DNA of 63,111 bases from an uncultured Planctomycetia bacterium (GCA_964437495.1 CAYTGV010000012.1:1-63111); one strand, 5' to 3'. Shown: positions 28,650 through 37,670, numbered from the stretch's first letter. Translations and numbers: made by a program. Notes: generated by a model not told the origin, from the letters alone.

Positions 28650-29375
28650 TTACCTTCTTTGTCGGGTTACTTCATAGCAGAATATCGCTGTTGCTACCGC
28701 CGCATTGAGAGAAAGACTTGCTCCAGGCATAGGCAAAGTAACCTTAAAATCCAAATGCGACATTAACCCTTGACGAATCCCCTTATCCTCTGAGCCAATT
28801 ACCAGGCATAGCGGAAATTGAAATTTAAAACCAGTAATATTCTCTCCCTCTTCAATCACTGTTCCAGCAACCCAGTAACCCGCATCTTTTGCCTGCTTTA
28901 TAACCGGGATAAGATTTGTGACCTGTATTACCGGTATATAATTTTCTCCGCCGCAGGCAACTTTTAAAACTGTCTCAGTTATGCTTACAGACCTGTGTTT
29001 GGGAATTATCAGGGAAAATTTGCCGAAACAAGCAGCTGTTCTTAAAATAGAGCCCATGTTCTGCGGATCAGTAAGATTGCTTAGTGCAATAAGCGTCAAT
29101 TTCTCCTCATTCGGCAATTGCAAAATATCCTGCAAATCTCCGTATTGGAAATCATTGATTTGGGCAATAACCCCTTGATCGTTCACATTATTTATCAATA
29201 GGGCAAACTCATTATCCGCAAGAATAACAAAAGGAACATTAAACTCAGATGCTAGCTTTTTGATATAGCTGTTCTCTGAGCTTTGCCTGCAAATTATTTT
29301 TTTAATAGTTTTAGGATGCGTCTTCAAACGCTCCAAAACCTGATTTTTACCAAAAAGTCTTATCATGAATTTCAA
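28650..29375 (-). CDS. rlmB: 23S rRNA (guanosine-2'-O)-methyltransferase, RlmB/TrmH (SPOUT) family
   Basis: 241 aa; DPQNMGSILRTA, LVIGSEDKGI, LSLNAAVATAI SpoU motifs. Confidence 0.85.
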   Translation of the reverse strand: MKFMIRLFGKNQVLERLKTHPKTIKKIICRQSSENSYIKKLASEFNVPFVILADNEFALLINNVNDQGVIAQINDFQYGDLQDILQLPNEEKLTLIALSNLTDPQNMGSILRTAACFGKFSLIIPKHRSVSITETVLKVACGGENYIPVIQVTNLIPVIKQAKDAGYWVAGTVIEEGENITGFKFQFPLCLVIGSEDKGIRQGLMSHLDFKVTLPMPGASLSLNAAVATAIFCYEVTRQRR

Positions 29376-29420
29376 CCTTTAAAATATCTTCTCAAAAATA
29401 CTCTCTTGAATTTCCTGTGA

Positions 29421-30821
29421 TTATTTTAATATCGGAAGTATAAACTGTGCAACCTTAAAATATATTATTAAACCAATTACATCAACAAAACTCGTCGTAA
29501 TCGGTCCGGCAAGCACAGCCGGGTCAAATCCCATTTTTTTTGAAAGAAACGGCAGTGAAATACCAGTGCATATCGCAAGCAATACTATCAGAAACATTGT
29601 CAATCCCACCACCAATCCCACCAGGGGATCACTCTGCAGCAATAAAGCTCTTATAAACGCCACCACTCCAACTATAAGCCCCATCATCAAAGCAGCAAGA
29701 AGTTCAATTTTAAAAACCCTCTTCAGATTACCAAAGCTAACATCACCGGTAGCTAGACCACGAATAACCGTAATAGAACTCTGCGTACCTGCATTGCCTC
29801 CGGTCCCCAACAGCATAGGAATAAAAAAAACCAGTGTTACTACACTACTTAAGGAATTCTGAAAAGTTTTCAAAACCGTTCCTGTTAAAAAATCAAATAT
29901 GAGAAGAAAAACAAGCCATCCTGCCCGGCGGCTAATAAGCTCCTTAACCGTTGCTGTAGCATAACTAATTATTTTACCTTCTCCGGGAGTCATCTTACCA
30001 ACTTCGTATATCTCCTTTGTCGCTTCCCGGTCAATAACATCAACAATATCATCAATAGTAATAACCCCGATCAATTCATCGTGCTCATCAACAACCGGAG
30101 CCTCGATAAGATCATAACGCTTAAAACTCTGGGCCACTTCCTCATCAGGTGAATACTCATTGATTTTTATAAAATCAGTGCTTTCCATTAGATCCTTTAT
30201 AAGCATATTAGACGGTGCTTTGATCAGATCTTGTAATTCAACCAAGCCAATTAATTTATGCCCTGCATCAGTTACATATATTAAACTGATATCCAGATCA
30301 TCATCAAAACTCAAAGTATCCTGTAATTTTAAAATTGCCGCACGCGCTGTTATTTCCTTGCGCAACTCAACATAATCCGTTGTCATTATCGCTCCGGCAA
30401 TTCCCTCATCGTAAGTCATCAACTCCCTTACGTCTTCAACCTCTTCCTTTTTCATCAATTTAAAGAATTTTTTAATCACCTTAGGCGGAAGATCTTTAAA
30501 AAGATTAGCACGGTCATCCGGAGCCATTTCATTAAGCACCTGAGAAACATCGGCATTATCAAGATTATCCAGGAGAAAGGACTGATCATCAAATTTAAGA
30601 ACCTCGAACAATTCAACAGCCAGGGATGCCCTCAGCAGCTTAAAAATAAGGATCTTTTCCTGCTCAGAGAAATTATGCCATCGCTCGGCAATATCAATTG
30701 CCGGTATCCTTGCCATCAAAGCCTTTACCTCTGAAAATCTTTTTTTAGTAAGCAACTCTCTGATTTCAGGTAGAAATAACGCTGAAATGCTTAATTCTTT
30801 TTGCTGGTTCTTTTTAGTCAT
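29421..30821 (-). CDS. mgtE: Magnesium transporter MgtE
   Basis: 466 aa; MgtE N-domain, tandem CBS domains, C-terminal five-TM region with GNAGTQS. Confidence 0.93.
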   Translation of the reverse strand: MTKKNQQKELSISALFLPEIRELLTKKRFSEVKALMARIPAIDIAERWHNFSEQEKILIFKLLRASLAVELFEVLKFDDQSFLLDNLDNADVSQVLNEMAPDDRANLFKDLPPKVIKKFFKLMKKEEVEDVRELMTYDEGIAGAIMTTDYVELRKEITARAAILKLQDTLSFDDDLDISLIYVTDAGHKLIGLVELQDLIKAPSNMLIKDLMESTDFIKINEYSPDEEVAQSFKRYDLIEAPVVDEHDELIGVITIDDIVDVIDREATKEIYEVGKMTPGEGKIISYATATVKELISRRAGWLVFLLIFDFLTGTVLKTFQNSLSSVVTLVFFIPMLLGTGGNAGTQSSITVIRGLATGDVSFGNLKRVFKIELLAALMMGLIVGVVAFIRALLLQSDPLVGLVVGLTMFLIVLLAICTGISLPFLSKKMGFDPAVLAGPITTSFVDVIGLIIYFKVAQFILPILK

Positions 30822-30876
30822 AGTTTTTATATTTCTTATTTTTCAAGCCAATAACTATTTTTGTACTTATTTTGTC

Positions 30877-30905
30877 AATATAACTCACCGCTTGAATTAT
30901 GTCAA
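30877..30905 (-). promoter_or_regulatory. Putative sigma-70 promoter of mgtE
   Basis: Minus strand TTGACA (30900-30905), 17 nt, TATATT (30877-30882), in the 98-nt spacer. Confidence 0.55.
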
Positions 30906-30919
30906 AATGATTCTCATGC

Positions 30920-32596
30920 TTATCTTATTTGGGCAACAGCATTTACATGCAATTTATCGCTTATATTGTTTTTATCCCATTGCAATTTACCTAAAACTGC
31001 CTGAGCCACATTGGTAAGATGATCGCCTATCTTTTCAAAATTGCTAACCATATCTAAAAATATGATCCCTGAAAGAACCTTACATTTTCTTTGAGTTAAG
31101 CGATTTATATGATTTTCACTCAATTGAAAAGTTAATTCATTAACTTGCTTTTCCAATTCCAACACTTCTTTTGCTTTTTCAAGATCATAAGTATTTAAAG
31201 ACTCAACCGTCACCGCTCCCATTTTCTTCAATAAGGCTGCCATTGCTTTAATATCTTCTTCGCCTTCAGATGAAAAAGGCAATCCTAAGGCAATCTTCCT
31301 CTCGCTCAGTTCAGTCAAATTTTCAGAATGATCCCCTATTCTCTCAATATCATTGACGCTATGTAATAAAGAAGGAATTTTATTAGCAATCTCCGGGGAA
31401 ATTTCTTTTTGCATAAGTTCCATAAGATAATTAGTGATTGCCTCCTGGAGATTATCAACTACTTTCTCTTTTCTAGAAACAAGTTTCAATGCTTTTAGAT
31501 CACCGCGCAGGAATCCCTTTATGGCATCATCAAACATACTGCAAGCAAGTTCTGTCATCCTAATCATTTCTTTTATTGATGCATCTATGGCTATCGTCGG
31601 CGTAAGCAAAAGATGTTTTTCTAAAAATTTTGGCTGCGTATCAATAATTATATCTTCCCCCGGTATCAGTTTTTTAACAAGCCTTGCAAATACATCAACA
31701 AAGGGAATAAAAAGCAATGTAGTTGCTATATTAAAAATAGTATGCGTATTTGCTATTTGGCGAGCAATATCATTAGATGTGTATCCTACCATCCGAATAA
31801 AAATCCCATTAAAAATAAATAATGTAGGTAAAAATATAATTGCACCCAAAATTTGTATTAAAATATGAGCAAACGCTGTACGCCTAGCAGCAATAGTTGT
31901 TCCAATAGATGCAAGCATTGCCGTTGCACAGGTTCCAATATTACAACCAAAAACAAGCGGAACTGCTGCTTTTAGATCAAGCAATCCCATTACTCCGAGT
32001 CCGATAATAATACCTGTTGTTACACTTGAACTTTGAAAGATCGCAGTTAATACCGCCCCCGTTAGTATCCCCAGAAACGGATTTTTACTAAAAGCAATAA
32101 AAATTGCCCTTACTGTCGGGTCAGCGGCCAACGGCTCTATCCCTGAGGTCATTATATTTAATCCTAGGAATAAAATCCCAAACCCTAAAAAAAATAAGCC
32201 TAAAAATTTCCAAAACCTCTTATTCACAAATAAATAAAAAGCAGAGCCCAAAGCTATAAACGGTAATGCATAATCTGTTAATTTAAACGCAATGATCTGC
32301 CCTGTGATTGTAGTTCCGATATGAGCTCCTAAAATCACAACGATTGCCTGTCTAAGTCCCATCAGGCCAGCATTAACAAATCCAACTAGCATAACGGTAG
32401 TTGCTGAAGAACTTTGAATCAAAGCCGTAATAAATGCTCCGACACCAGCTCCCATTATTCTGTTTTTAGTAAGCACTTTTAATAAGCTGCGCATTCTATC
32501 GCCAGCCGCATTTTGTAGACCTTCTCCCATTAGATGGATTCCATAAATAAACAAGCCCAAGCCTCCAACTAATGTAAAAATAACTTCCCTAATCAT
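30920..32596 (-). CDS. Na+/phosphate cotransporter family protein with C-terminal PhoU-like repeats
   Basis: 558 aa; duplicated QSSSATT / QSSSVTT NptA motifs, C-terminal IERIGDH / FEKIGDH PhoU-like helices. Confidence 0.9.
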   Translation of the reverse strand: MIREVIFTLVGGLGLFIYGIHLMGEGLQNAAGDRMRSLLKVLTKNRIMGAGVGAFITALIQSSSATTVMLVGFVNAGLMGLRQAIVVILGAHIGTTITGQIIAFKLTDYALPFIALGSAFYLFVNKRFWKFLGLFFLGFGILFLGLNIMTSGIEPLAADPTVRAIFIAFSKNPFLGILTGAVLTAIFQSSSVTTGIIIGLGVMGLLDLKAAVPLVFGCNIGTCATAMLASIGTTIAARRTAFAHILIQILGAIIFLPTLFIFNGIFIRMVGYTSNDIARQIANTHTIFNIATTLLFIPFVDVFARLVKKLIPGEDIIIDTQPKFLEKHLLLTPTIAIDASIKEMIRMTELACSMFDDAIKGFLRGDLKALKLVSRKEKVVDNLQEAITNYLMELMQKEISPEIANKIPSLLHSVNDIERIGDHSENLTELSERKIALGLPFSSEGEEDIKAMAALLKKMGAVTVESLNTYDLEKAKEVLELEKQVNELTFQLSENHINRLTQRKCKVLSGIIFLDMVSNFEKIGDHLTNVAQAVLGKLQWDKNNISDKLHVNAVAQIR

Positions 32597-32626
32597 TAAT
32601 CCTCCTAAAATATAAATTTTAAAACA

Positions 32627-33280
32627 CTATTCTCTTTCTGATTCAATTTTTGTAATAATTTTATCAAGTTCTTCCAAAATTTCTTCCGGGAGAAACTTGC
32701 TAAGTCTTATCTCTTTTTTAATTGAAGTCAATGATCCGATAACGCGGCTTAGATGCTTCAACCTTCTTAGTTCATGATCTTCCTCGGGGCTTTTTTCATC
32801 TCTTACAGACTTCATCATCGCCTTGTAAACATCTTTCACGTCTTTGTCTGCTTTGCCTTCCTCAAAAACATGCCGCTTCATCTTTTCATAATCAGCAATA
32901 GTCAGGTCTTGATTTGTCTTTACTTGACGCAATGTATTTACAGCCTCATATGATGGCAGCTGCGGGCTATTCGCTGACTCAAGATATTCTTTCTTTATAA
33001 ATTGCGGCTCTTCCTGTTCAAGAAAATAATAAGACCTGAGCAATTTCAATCCTGTTTCCTTGCGTATTCCTATCTCTTTACTGCAATAAGCCTCAAAGGT
33101 CAGGTAATCCCATTCCTTATACAACTTATCATTATAAACAGCCACCAGATGCTGCCCAAGTTCAAGCCATGAAGACTTAAAGGTTTTTGCACAGTTGAGT
33201 ATCTCATAACGCATACTACCCGGTTCAACTCTATCCATGCTTGATTGAATTTTATCAATTGCTCTTGATGTTTTGTACAT
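32627..33280 (-). CDS. Hypothetical protein (possible DNA-binding N-terminal domain)
   Basis: 217 aa ORF with good spacing to its neighbours and a Glu/Lys-rich C-half; no confident family assignment. Confidence 0.6.
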   Translation of the reverse strand: MYKTSRAIDKIQSSMDRVEPGSMRYEILNCAKTFKSSWLELGQHLVAVYNDKLYKEWDYLTFEAYCSKEIGIRKETGLKLLRSYYFLEQEEPQFIKKEYLESANSPQLPSYEAVNTLRQVKTNQDLTIADYEKMKRHVFEEGKADKDVKDVYKAMMKSVRDEKSPEEDHELRRLKHLSRVIGSLTSIKKEIRLSKFLPEEILEELDKIITKIESERE

Positions 33281-33478
33281 TTTTCTGCCTTCTCTGCTAT
33301 TTTAGGATACTAAACAAATGTTAGCTTGATTTGGGAATTAAATATAGAATTGAACTTTCATGGCATATTGTAGCACAAAATACCCTATATTTACAAGCAA
33401 TTAAGAACCTAAGTCAATTCTCATAAACACAGGGCATTTTGGCATTTTTTTATAAATCCAACCCACTCAATAAAGTTA

Positions 33479-33700
33479 TTAAATCTTGGATATTACTAGC
33501 TTTTTTACTCTATCAGCCCCAAGAACAGGCAATTCGTATCCATGACGCTTTAAGGCCTTTATCATGCGGGCATATGCCTGATTTGCCGTAGCACCTTCAG
33601 TAAGATTATTCAAAGATATGGCTGCATAACCACGCCGATTAGCAATTTTAAAAATTCGCACCTTCATTTGTGATATTTTCTTTAAAGATTTTTTTGCCAT
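33479..33700 (-). CDS. Hypothetical small basic protein
   Basis: 73 aa ORF lying 13 nt downstream of the phasin-like pair; no recognisable motif. Confidence 0.5.
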   Translation of the reverse strand: MAKKSLKKISQMKVRIFKIANRRGYAAISLNNLTEGATANQAYARMIKALKRHGYELPVLGADRVKKLVISKI

Positions 33701-33713
33701 TTTTACTTACCTT

Positions 33714-34061
33714 TCACTTTTTGGAGCTTTTTGCTTTCTTTTTTGCCTTAGGAGCAGCATTTTTTTTCTTCTCAGCCTCCAATGCTTTTGATATCTTGGA
33801 TAATCTATTATTTAATGCATCGATCTGCTTCTGAGATTTATCCAAAATACCTTGAGAAATCTGCTTCATCTTTTTCTCAAGATCTCTATCCATTTTTTTC
33901 GTACCTTGCAACAAGCGATTCAAAACAGCCTTTTTATCCTTTGCTTGGATCTGCCCTTTTTTTATCAGCATATCTACAAGCTTTTCTGCTTTTTCTTTTG
34001 TTAGATTCGCCAGCCCCACTCCTGCTAAAACTATTTTGCCAAATATTTCAAACATAACCAT
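33714..34061 (-). CDS. Phasin-like (COG3937-type PHA-granule-associated / regulator) protein, copy 2
   Basis: 115 aa; FEIFGKIVLAGVGLANLTKEKAEKLVDMLIKKGQIQAKD. Parallels copy 1 residue for residue at the N-terminus. Confidence 0.65.
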   Translation of the reverse strand: MVMFEIFGKIVLAGVGLANLTKEKAEKLVDMLIKKGQIQAKDKKAVLNRLLQGTKKMDRDLEKKMKQISQGILDKSQKQIDALNNRLSKISKALEAEKKKNAAPKAKKKAKSSKK

Positions 34062-34073
34062 TTCTCCCTTTCT

Positions 34074-34409
34074 TTAAAGTAAATCAGTTTTTTTCTGCTT
34101 ACTCTTTATTGTACCCCTTTTTTTCTTAAGATGTAAATCTTTTGCAAGTTTTGCCATTTTCCCCTTTAAGATAGCTATTTGCTTTTCATATTCTTTCGTT
34201 ATTTCAGAAGAAACTTTTTTCATCTTTTTATCAAACTCTTTATCAAATCTTTTTGTACTTCTGAGAATTTTCCCTAATACTGCTATTCTGTCTTTAGCCT
34301 TAACCTGACCTTTTGCGATCATAGCATCCACGATCGCTTCTGCCTTTTCTTTTGTCAAGCTCACCAGTCCTGCCCCGGCTAAAATAATTTTCTCCAATAT
34401 TTCAAACAC
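34074..34409 (-). CDS. Phasin-like (COG3937-type) protein, copy 1
   Basis: 111 aa; MFEILEKIILAGAGLVSLTKEKAEAIVDAMIAKGQVKAKD; tandem paralogue of 33714..34061. Confidence 0.65.
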   Translation of the reverse strand: MFEILEKIILAGAGLVSLTKEKAEAIVDAMIAKGQVKAKDRIAVLGKILRSTKRFDKEFDKKMKKVSSEITKEYEKQIAILKGKMAKLAKDLHLKKKRGTIKSKQKKTDLL

Positions 34410-34644
34410 CTTTTCACTCCTTTCTTATATAATTCACCGGATTTTCTGCAAGAATTCAAATAACAGTATTAGCGACCAGCTTTACTGAGCATCTTACAAC
34501 AGTGATATCTGTCAATCCATACTTTCCGGCAAAGCCAATATCCAGTTTACTTCTCTACAAAGGAAGCAAAGCAACCTTGCCTCTCTACCGCCGCCTAAAA
34601 TTAAAACTAAACACTCAGGAACATCTATGTTTTTATCTTTCACT

Positions 34645-35472
34645 TCACCCCTTAAGCAACACAACGATACAAACAACTCCCATCCCCCAGCAATAGAATG
34701 AAAAATAATGGAATTTAGCCCTTGCAATCATTTTAGACAAAATTAATAAAGTGAAATATCCGCTTAAAAATGCAAAGAGAAATGATAGGCTCAGTTCAAA
34801 ATTACTTATTGATATCTCTCCCATGCCATCCTTTAATTTATATATTGCTGCAGCAGCAATAGTCGGTATTGACAATAAAAATGAAAACCGTGCCGCAAGC
34901 TCTTTATTAATCCCCCTAAAAATGCCACTTGAAATAGTCATACCAGAACGGGAAATACCGGGAATAATCGCAACTGCCTGCGCAAGTCCGATAAGAAAAG
35001 CATCGATAAGCGTCAATTGCCTTTTATTCTTAGGAGTGCCTTTGCCTCTGGTAAGAAATAAAACCGTTCCTGTAATAAAAAAACTTACTGTTATCACTCG
35101 CAAAGAGTTGAACATATTATCGATTATTGAGTGAAAAATCAATCCCACCAATATAGCCGGAATAAGTGCTACCGCTACAAAAACAAACATCCGCAAATAT
35201 TCAAGCTCAGACCAAACCTCCTTGAAAGATTTGCCTTGAGCCACTTTTTTGAATGCCAGGCCCCATTCTTGAAGCATTAAGAAGAGATCCTTTCTTAAAA
35301 AAACGAGCACAGCTAATACAGTAGCTAAGTGCAAAATAATATCAAAACTAAGTAATGGTTCCTCAAAACCGATAATTTCCTGAAAGAAAACCAAATGACC
35401 GGAACTGGAAACAGGAAGAAACTCCGTTACTCCCTGAAGACAAGCTAAAAACAAATAATGCAACAAATTCAT
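34645..35472 (-). CDS. uppP: Undecaprenyl-diphosphate phosphatase
   Basis: 275 aa polytopic membrane protein; GVTEFLPVSSSGH and PGISRSG BacA/UppP motifs. Confidence 0.93.
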   Translation of the reverse strand: MNLLHYLFLACLQGVTEFLPVSSSGHLVFFQEIIGFEEPLLSFDIILHLATVLAVLVFLRKDLFLMLQEWGLAFKKVAQGKSFKEVWSELEYLRMFVFVAVALIPAILVGLIFHSIIDNMFNSLRVITVSFFITGTVLFLTRGKGTPKNKRQLTLIDAFLIGLAQAVAIIPGISRSGMTISSGIFRGINKELAARFSFLLSIPTIAAAAIYKLKDGMGEISISNFELSLSFLFAFLSGYFTLLILSKMIARAKFHYFSFYCWGMGVVCIVVLLKG

Positions 35473-35553
35473 GTTTCCCCCCTAAATTTTCCTATAATCC
35501 TATTTATTTTAGCACAGTCAAATCAGACGAGCAAGACAATGATACTGAATTGA

Positions 35554-36243
35554 TTACCATGAAAATACATTCGCTATATTATGTTCCTGCATAAAGCCCA
35601 GCATATCATCCGGTATTGGCACGCTAAAATCAATCCGCTTATTTGTCAAAGGATGATTTATCTCAACAGAATATGCATGCAATGCTACTCGCTTGAATTT
35701 AATCGGCCAATCTCTGGCATGGGTAAAACGCCTCTCACCTATAAGAGGATGCCCACAGTCTCTGAACTGTATTCTAATTTGATTTGTTCTTCCGGTAATA
35801 GGGGCAATACGCAAAATACTAAAATTACTTGCGCTATTAATTAATTCAAAATTTGTAATAGCCATTTTATTCCCCTCATTTTTTCTATAAGGCCAAGCAC
35901 CTTGCATATTGCTTTTCATCACACCCTTTACCTGCTTAAAGCGGCCATGCACAAAAGCAATATAAGTCTTTTTTATTTTTCTCTGCCGAAATTGATCCAT
36001 TACAATCTGTTGGGCTTTTCTGCCTTTTGCAAAAACCATCACACCTGATGTCTCTTTATCAAGACGGTGACAAGGCAATGCCTTGGCCTGTACTTTTTCC
36101 CTTTCTATTTGCTGATTTAAAATAGACACAAGATCATTTGCTTTTACTGCCCCATCAGGAACGCTGAGCATTCCACTACGCTTATTAACAATTATCAGCG
36201 CTTCATCCTCATAAATAATCTGAATCGGGTTTTTATGTGTCAT
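35554..36243 (-). CDS. RluA-family pseudouridine synthase
   Basis: 229 aa; HRLDKETSGVMVFAK catalytic-Asp motif, GRTNQIRIQF. Confidence 0.9.
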   Translation of the reverse strand: MTHKNPIQIIYEDEALIIVNKRSGMLSVPDGAVKANDLVSILNQQIEREKVQAKALPCHRLDKETSGVMVFAKGRKAQQIVMDQFRQRKIKKTYIAFVHGRFKQVKGVMKSNMQGAWPYRKNEGNKMAITNFELINSASNFSILRIAPITGRTNQIRIQFRDCGHPLIGERRFTHARDWPIKFKRVALHAYSVEINHPLTNKRIDFSVPIPDDMLGFMQEHNIANVFSW

Positions 36244-36295
36244 TGCTTTCCTTTAAAACTTTGATTTGCTATACTCAGGCCTTCGATAATTCTAA

Positions 36296-36330
36296 AGCAA
36301 AAAATAAACCGGAATAAATACTTATTCCGG
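36296..36330 (-). terminator. Rho-independent terminator after the CXXCH gene
   Basis: Minus strand CCGGAATAAGTATTTATTCCGG (palindrome; about 9 bp per arm) followed by TTTATTTTTTG. Confidence 0.75.
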
Positions 36331-36354
36331 CTCATTTCTTTCATCGCCTTTGCC

Positions 36355-36669
36355 CTATTTACTGGTAGCATCACCCGGATTTGTTCCGGCATTAATCTCT
36401 TCTGCATTTGTTAAACCGTCTTTATCACTATCCATGACATCAATGGCTGTAACTGCTTCAACACTTCTGCCGGCTTCATTATAAGCTTTACCATATTCAT
36501 TCAAGCTCTTAAAATCACCCTGAGGATGACAAACTGTACAGTCAACTATCGCATCAGTATAAACTTTTTGGACATTTCTACCGTCTGATATCGCAGCAAT
36601 TGAATAACTCGAAAAACTCAGGACAATCATTACTGCTAAAACAAAATAAATAAACTTTGATTTTCCCAA
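36355..36669 (-). CDS. Small secreted protein with one CXXCH haem-c motif and a DxDxDG (thrombospondin type-3-like) Ca-binding repeat
   Basis: 104 aa; signal peptide, CTVCHP, DSDKDGLTNAEE. Confidence 0.65.
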   Translation of the reverse strand: MGKSKFIYFVLAVMIVLSFSSYSIAAISDGRNVQKVYTDAIVDCTVCHPQGDFKSLNEYGKAYNEAGRSVEAVTAIDVMDSDKDGLTNAEEINAGTNPGDATSK

Positions 36670-36753
36670 GCTTCCTCCTTTTTGTGTTTAAGATACTCTA
36701 ATTTAATTAGAAAGTCAACATTTATCAAAGCATGAGTTTATTGTCCTTAATCC

Positions 36754-37230
36754 TTAACTTTCATCCCAAAAAAACCCTTTTTCCATAAAGAGTTTGATGC
36801 AGACATCTGCAACAGCAGGGTCGTAAAACATTCCTTTTTTTTGGATAATTTCATCTAATGCTTTATCAATACCTAATGCCAAACGATAAGGGCGATAAGA
36901 TGTCATGGCCTCAACAACATCTGAAACAATTAATATATGTGCCTCAAGAAGAATATCCTCGCCTTTCAAACCTTTAGGATATCCATACCCATCCACCCTT
37001 TCATGATGCTGAAGGACAATTTCTGAAACCGGCCAAGAAAATTCTATACCCTTCAGTATCTCATAACCTATTTCCGGATGCATTGTGATTAGATTGAATT
37101 CATAAGTATTTAATTTTGACGGTTTGCTCAATATCTCAGCCGGAGTGCAGATCTTACCGATATCATGAATAATCACCGCTGTCTTTACTCCGGCAATCTG
37201 GTTCCATAAAGATTCTACTTGGAACAGCAA
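36754..37230 (-). pseudogene. N-terminally truncated HD-GYP domain gene (fragment)
   Basis: Retains IIHDIGK ... HHERVDGYGYPKG. Opens with TTG immediately after an in-frame TAA, and the helix carrying the first His ligand is absent. Confidence 0.5.
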
Positions 37231-37345
37231 TTGCTCTTAAGAAATTAAAGAATTATCCATTTTTTTCTTATAACAGTTAATACACAAAATTGGGAGGGCT
37301 TAAAGATGGGATGAATAGTCAGAGGCCTTTAAACTGAAATCCCGG

Positions 37346-37425
37346 CCCAAAGGCGGAAAACTTTTTCATCTTGGCTAATGCCAATTTGAACTTTAAAATT
37401 TTCTTCTTACTTCCCCGCCTTTGGG
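37346..37425 (-). ncRNA. Candidate structured RNA element (15-bp closing stem plus internal hairpin)
   Basis: 37346-37360 pairs with 37411-37425. Two positions are A-C mismatches on the plus strand but G-U pairs on the minus-strand transcript. Inner hairpin ttggc-taat-gccaa at 37371-37384. Confidence 0.3.
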
Positions 37426-37502
37426 AATTCGCAACGTCCTTGTTCTACAAATTTTAATCGAGATCTTGATCTATACTTCGTAATCAAAGTTATCCCAGCA
37501 AT

Positions 37503-37670
37503 TTATTTTTTCTTTTTCTTTGCTACCTTTTTTGCTGGTTTCTTCTTTGCTACTTTCTTTACTACTTTCTTCTTTGCTACTTTTTTCTTTGCTACTTTCT
37601 TTACTACTTTCTTTACTACTTTCTTTTTTGCTACTTTTTTCTTAGCTGCTTTTTTCTTTTTCACTACCAA
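37503..37670 (-). CDS. Candidate 55-aa lysine-rich, histone-H1-tail-like basic protein (not in the ORF track)
   Basis: Hand translation: (TTG)M VVKKKKAAKKKVAKKKVVKKVVKKVAKKKVAKKKVVKKVAKKKPAKKVAKKKKK, TAA at 37503-37505. AAAGGAAAGGGGG Shine-Dalgarno lies upstream. An in-frame GTG at 37679 is an alternative start. Confidence 0.55.
   Translation of the reverse strand: MVVKKKKAAKKKVAKKKVVKKVVKKVAKKKVAKKKVVKKVAKKKPAKKVAKKKKK

Noticed and set aside
30822-30919. M-box (Mg2+) riboswitch upstream of mgtE
   Set aside because: The spacer is 98 nt and mostly taken up by a good TTGACA-17-TATATT promoter. It is too short for an M-box and shows no matching conserved segments.
34410-34644. Relatively GC-richer 235-nt leader upstream of the phasin-like genes as an ncRNA or riboswitch; also ORFs 34502..34696(+) and 34512..34727(-)
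   Set aside because: I found no extended helices or motifs of any known family. The two ORFs overlap each other and the uppP 3' end and lack translation signals. The region is most simply a promoter plus 5' UTR.
37319-37369. A 16-codon ORF (MKKFSAFGPGFQFKGL) inside the structured spacer, as a possible leader peptide
   Set aside because: There is no Shine-Dalgarno sequence upstream of its ATG. Its sequence is largely dictated by the second arm of the 15-bp stem. It is retained only as a remote possibility.
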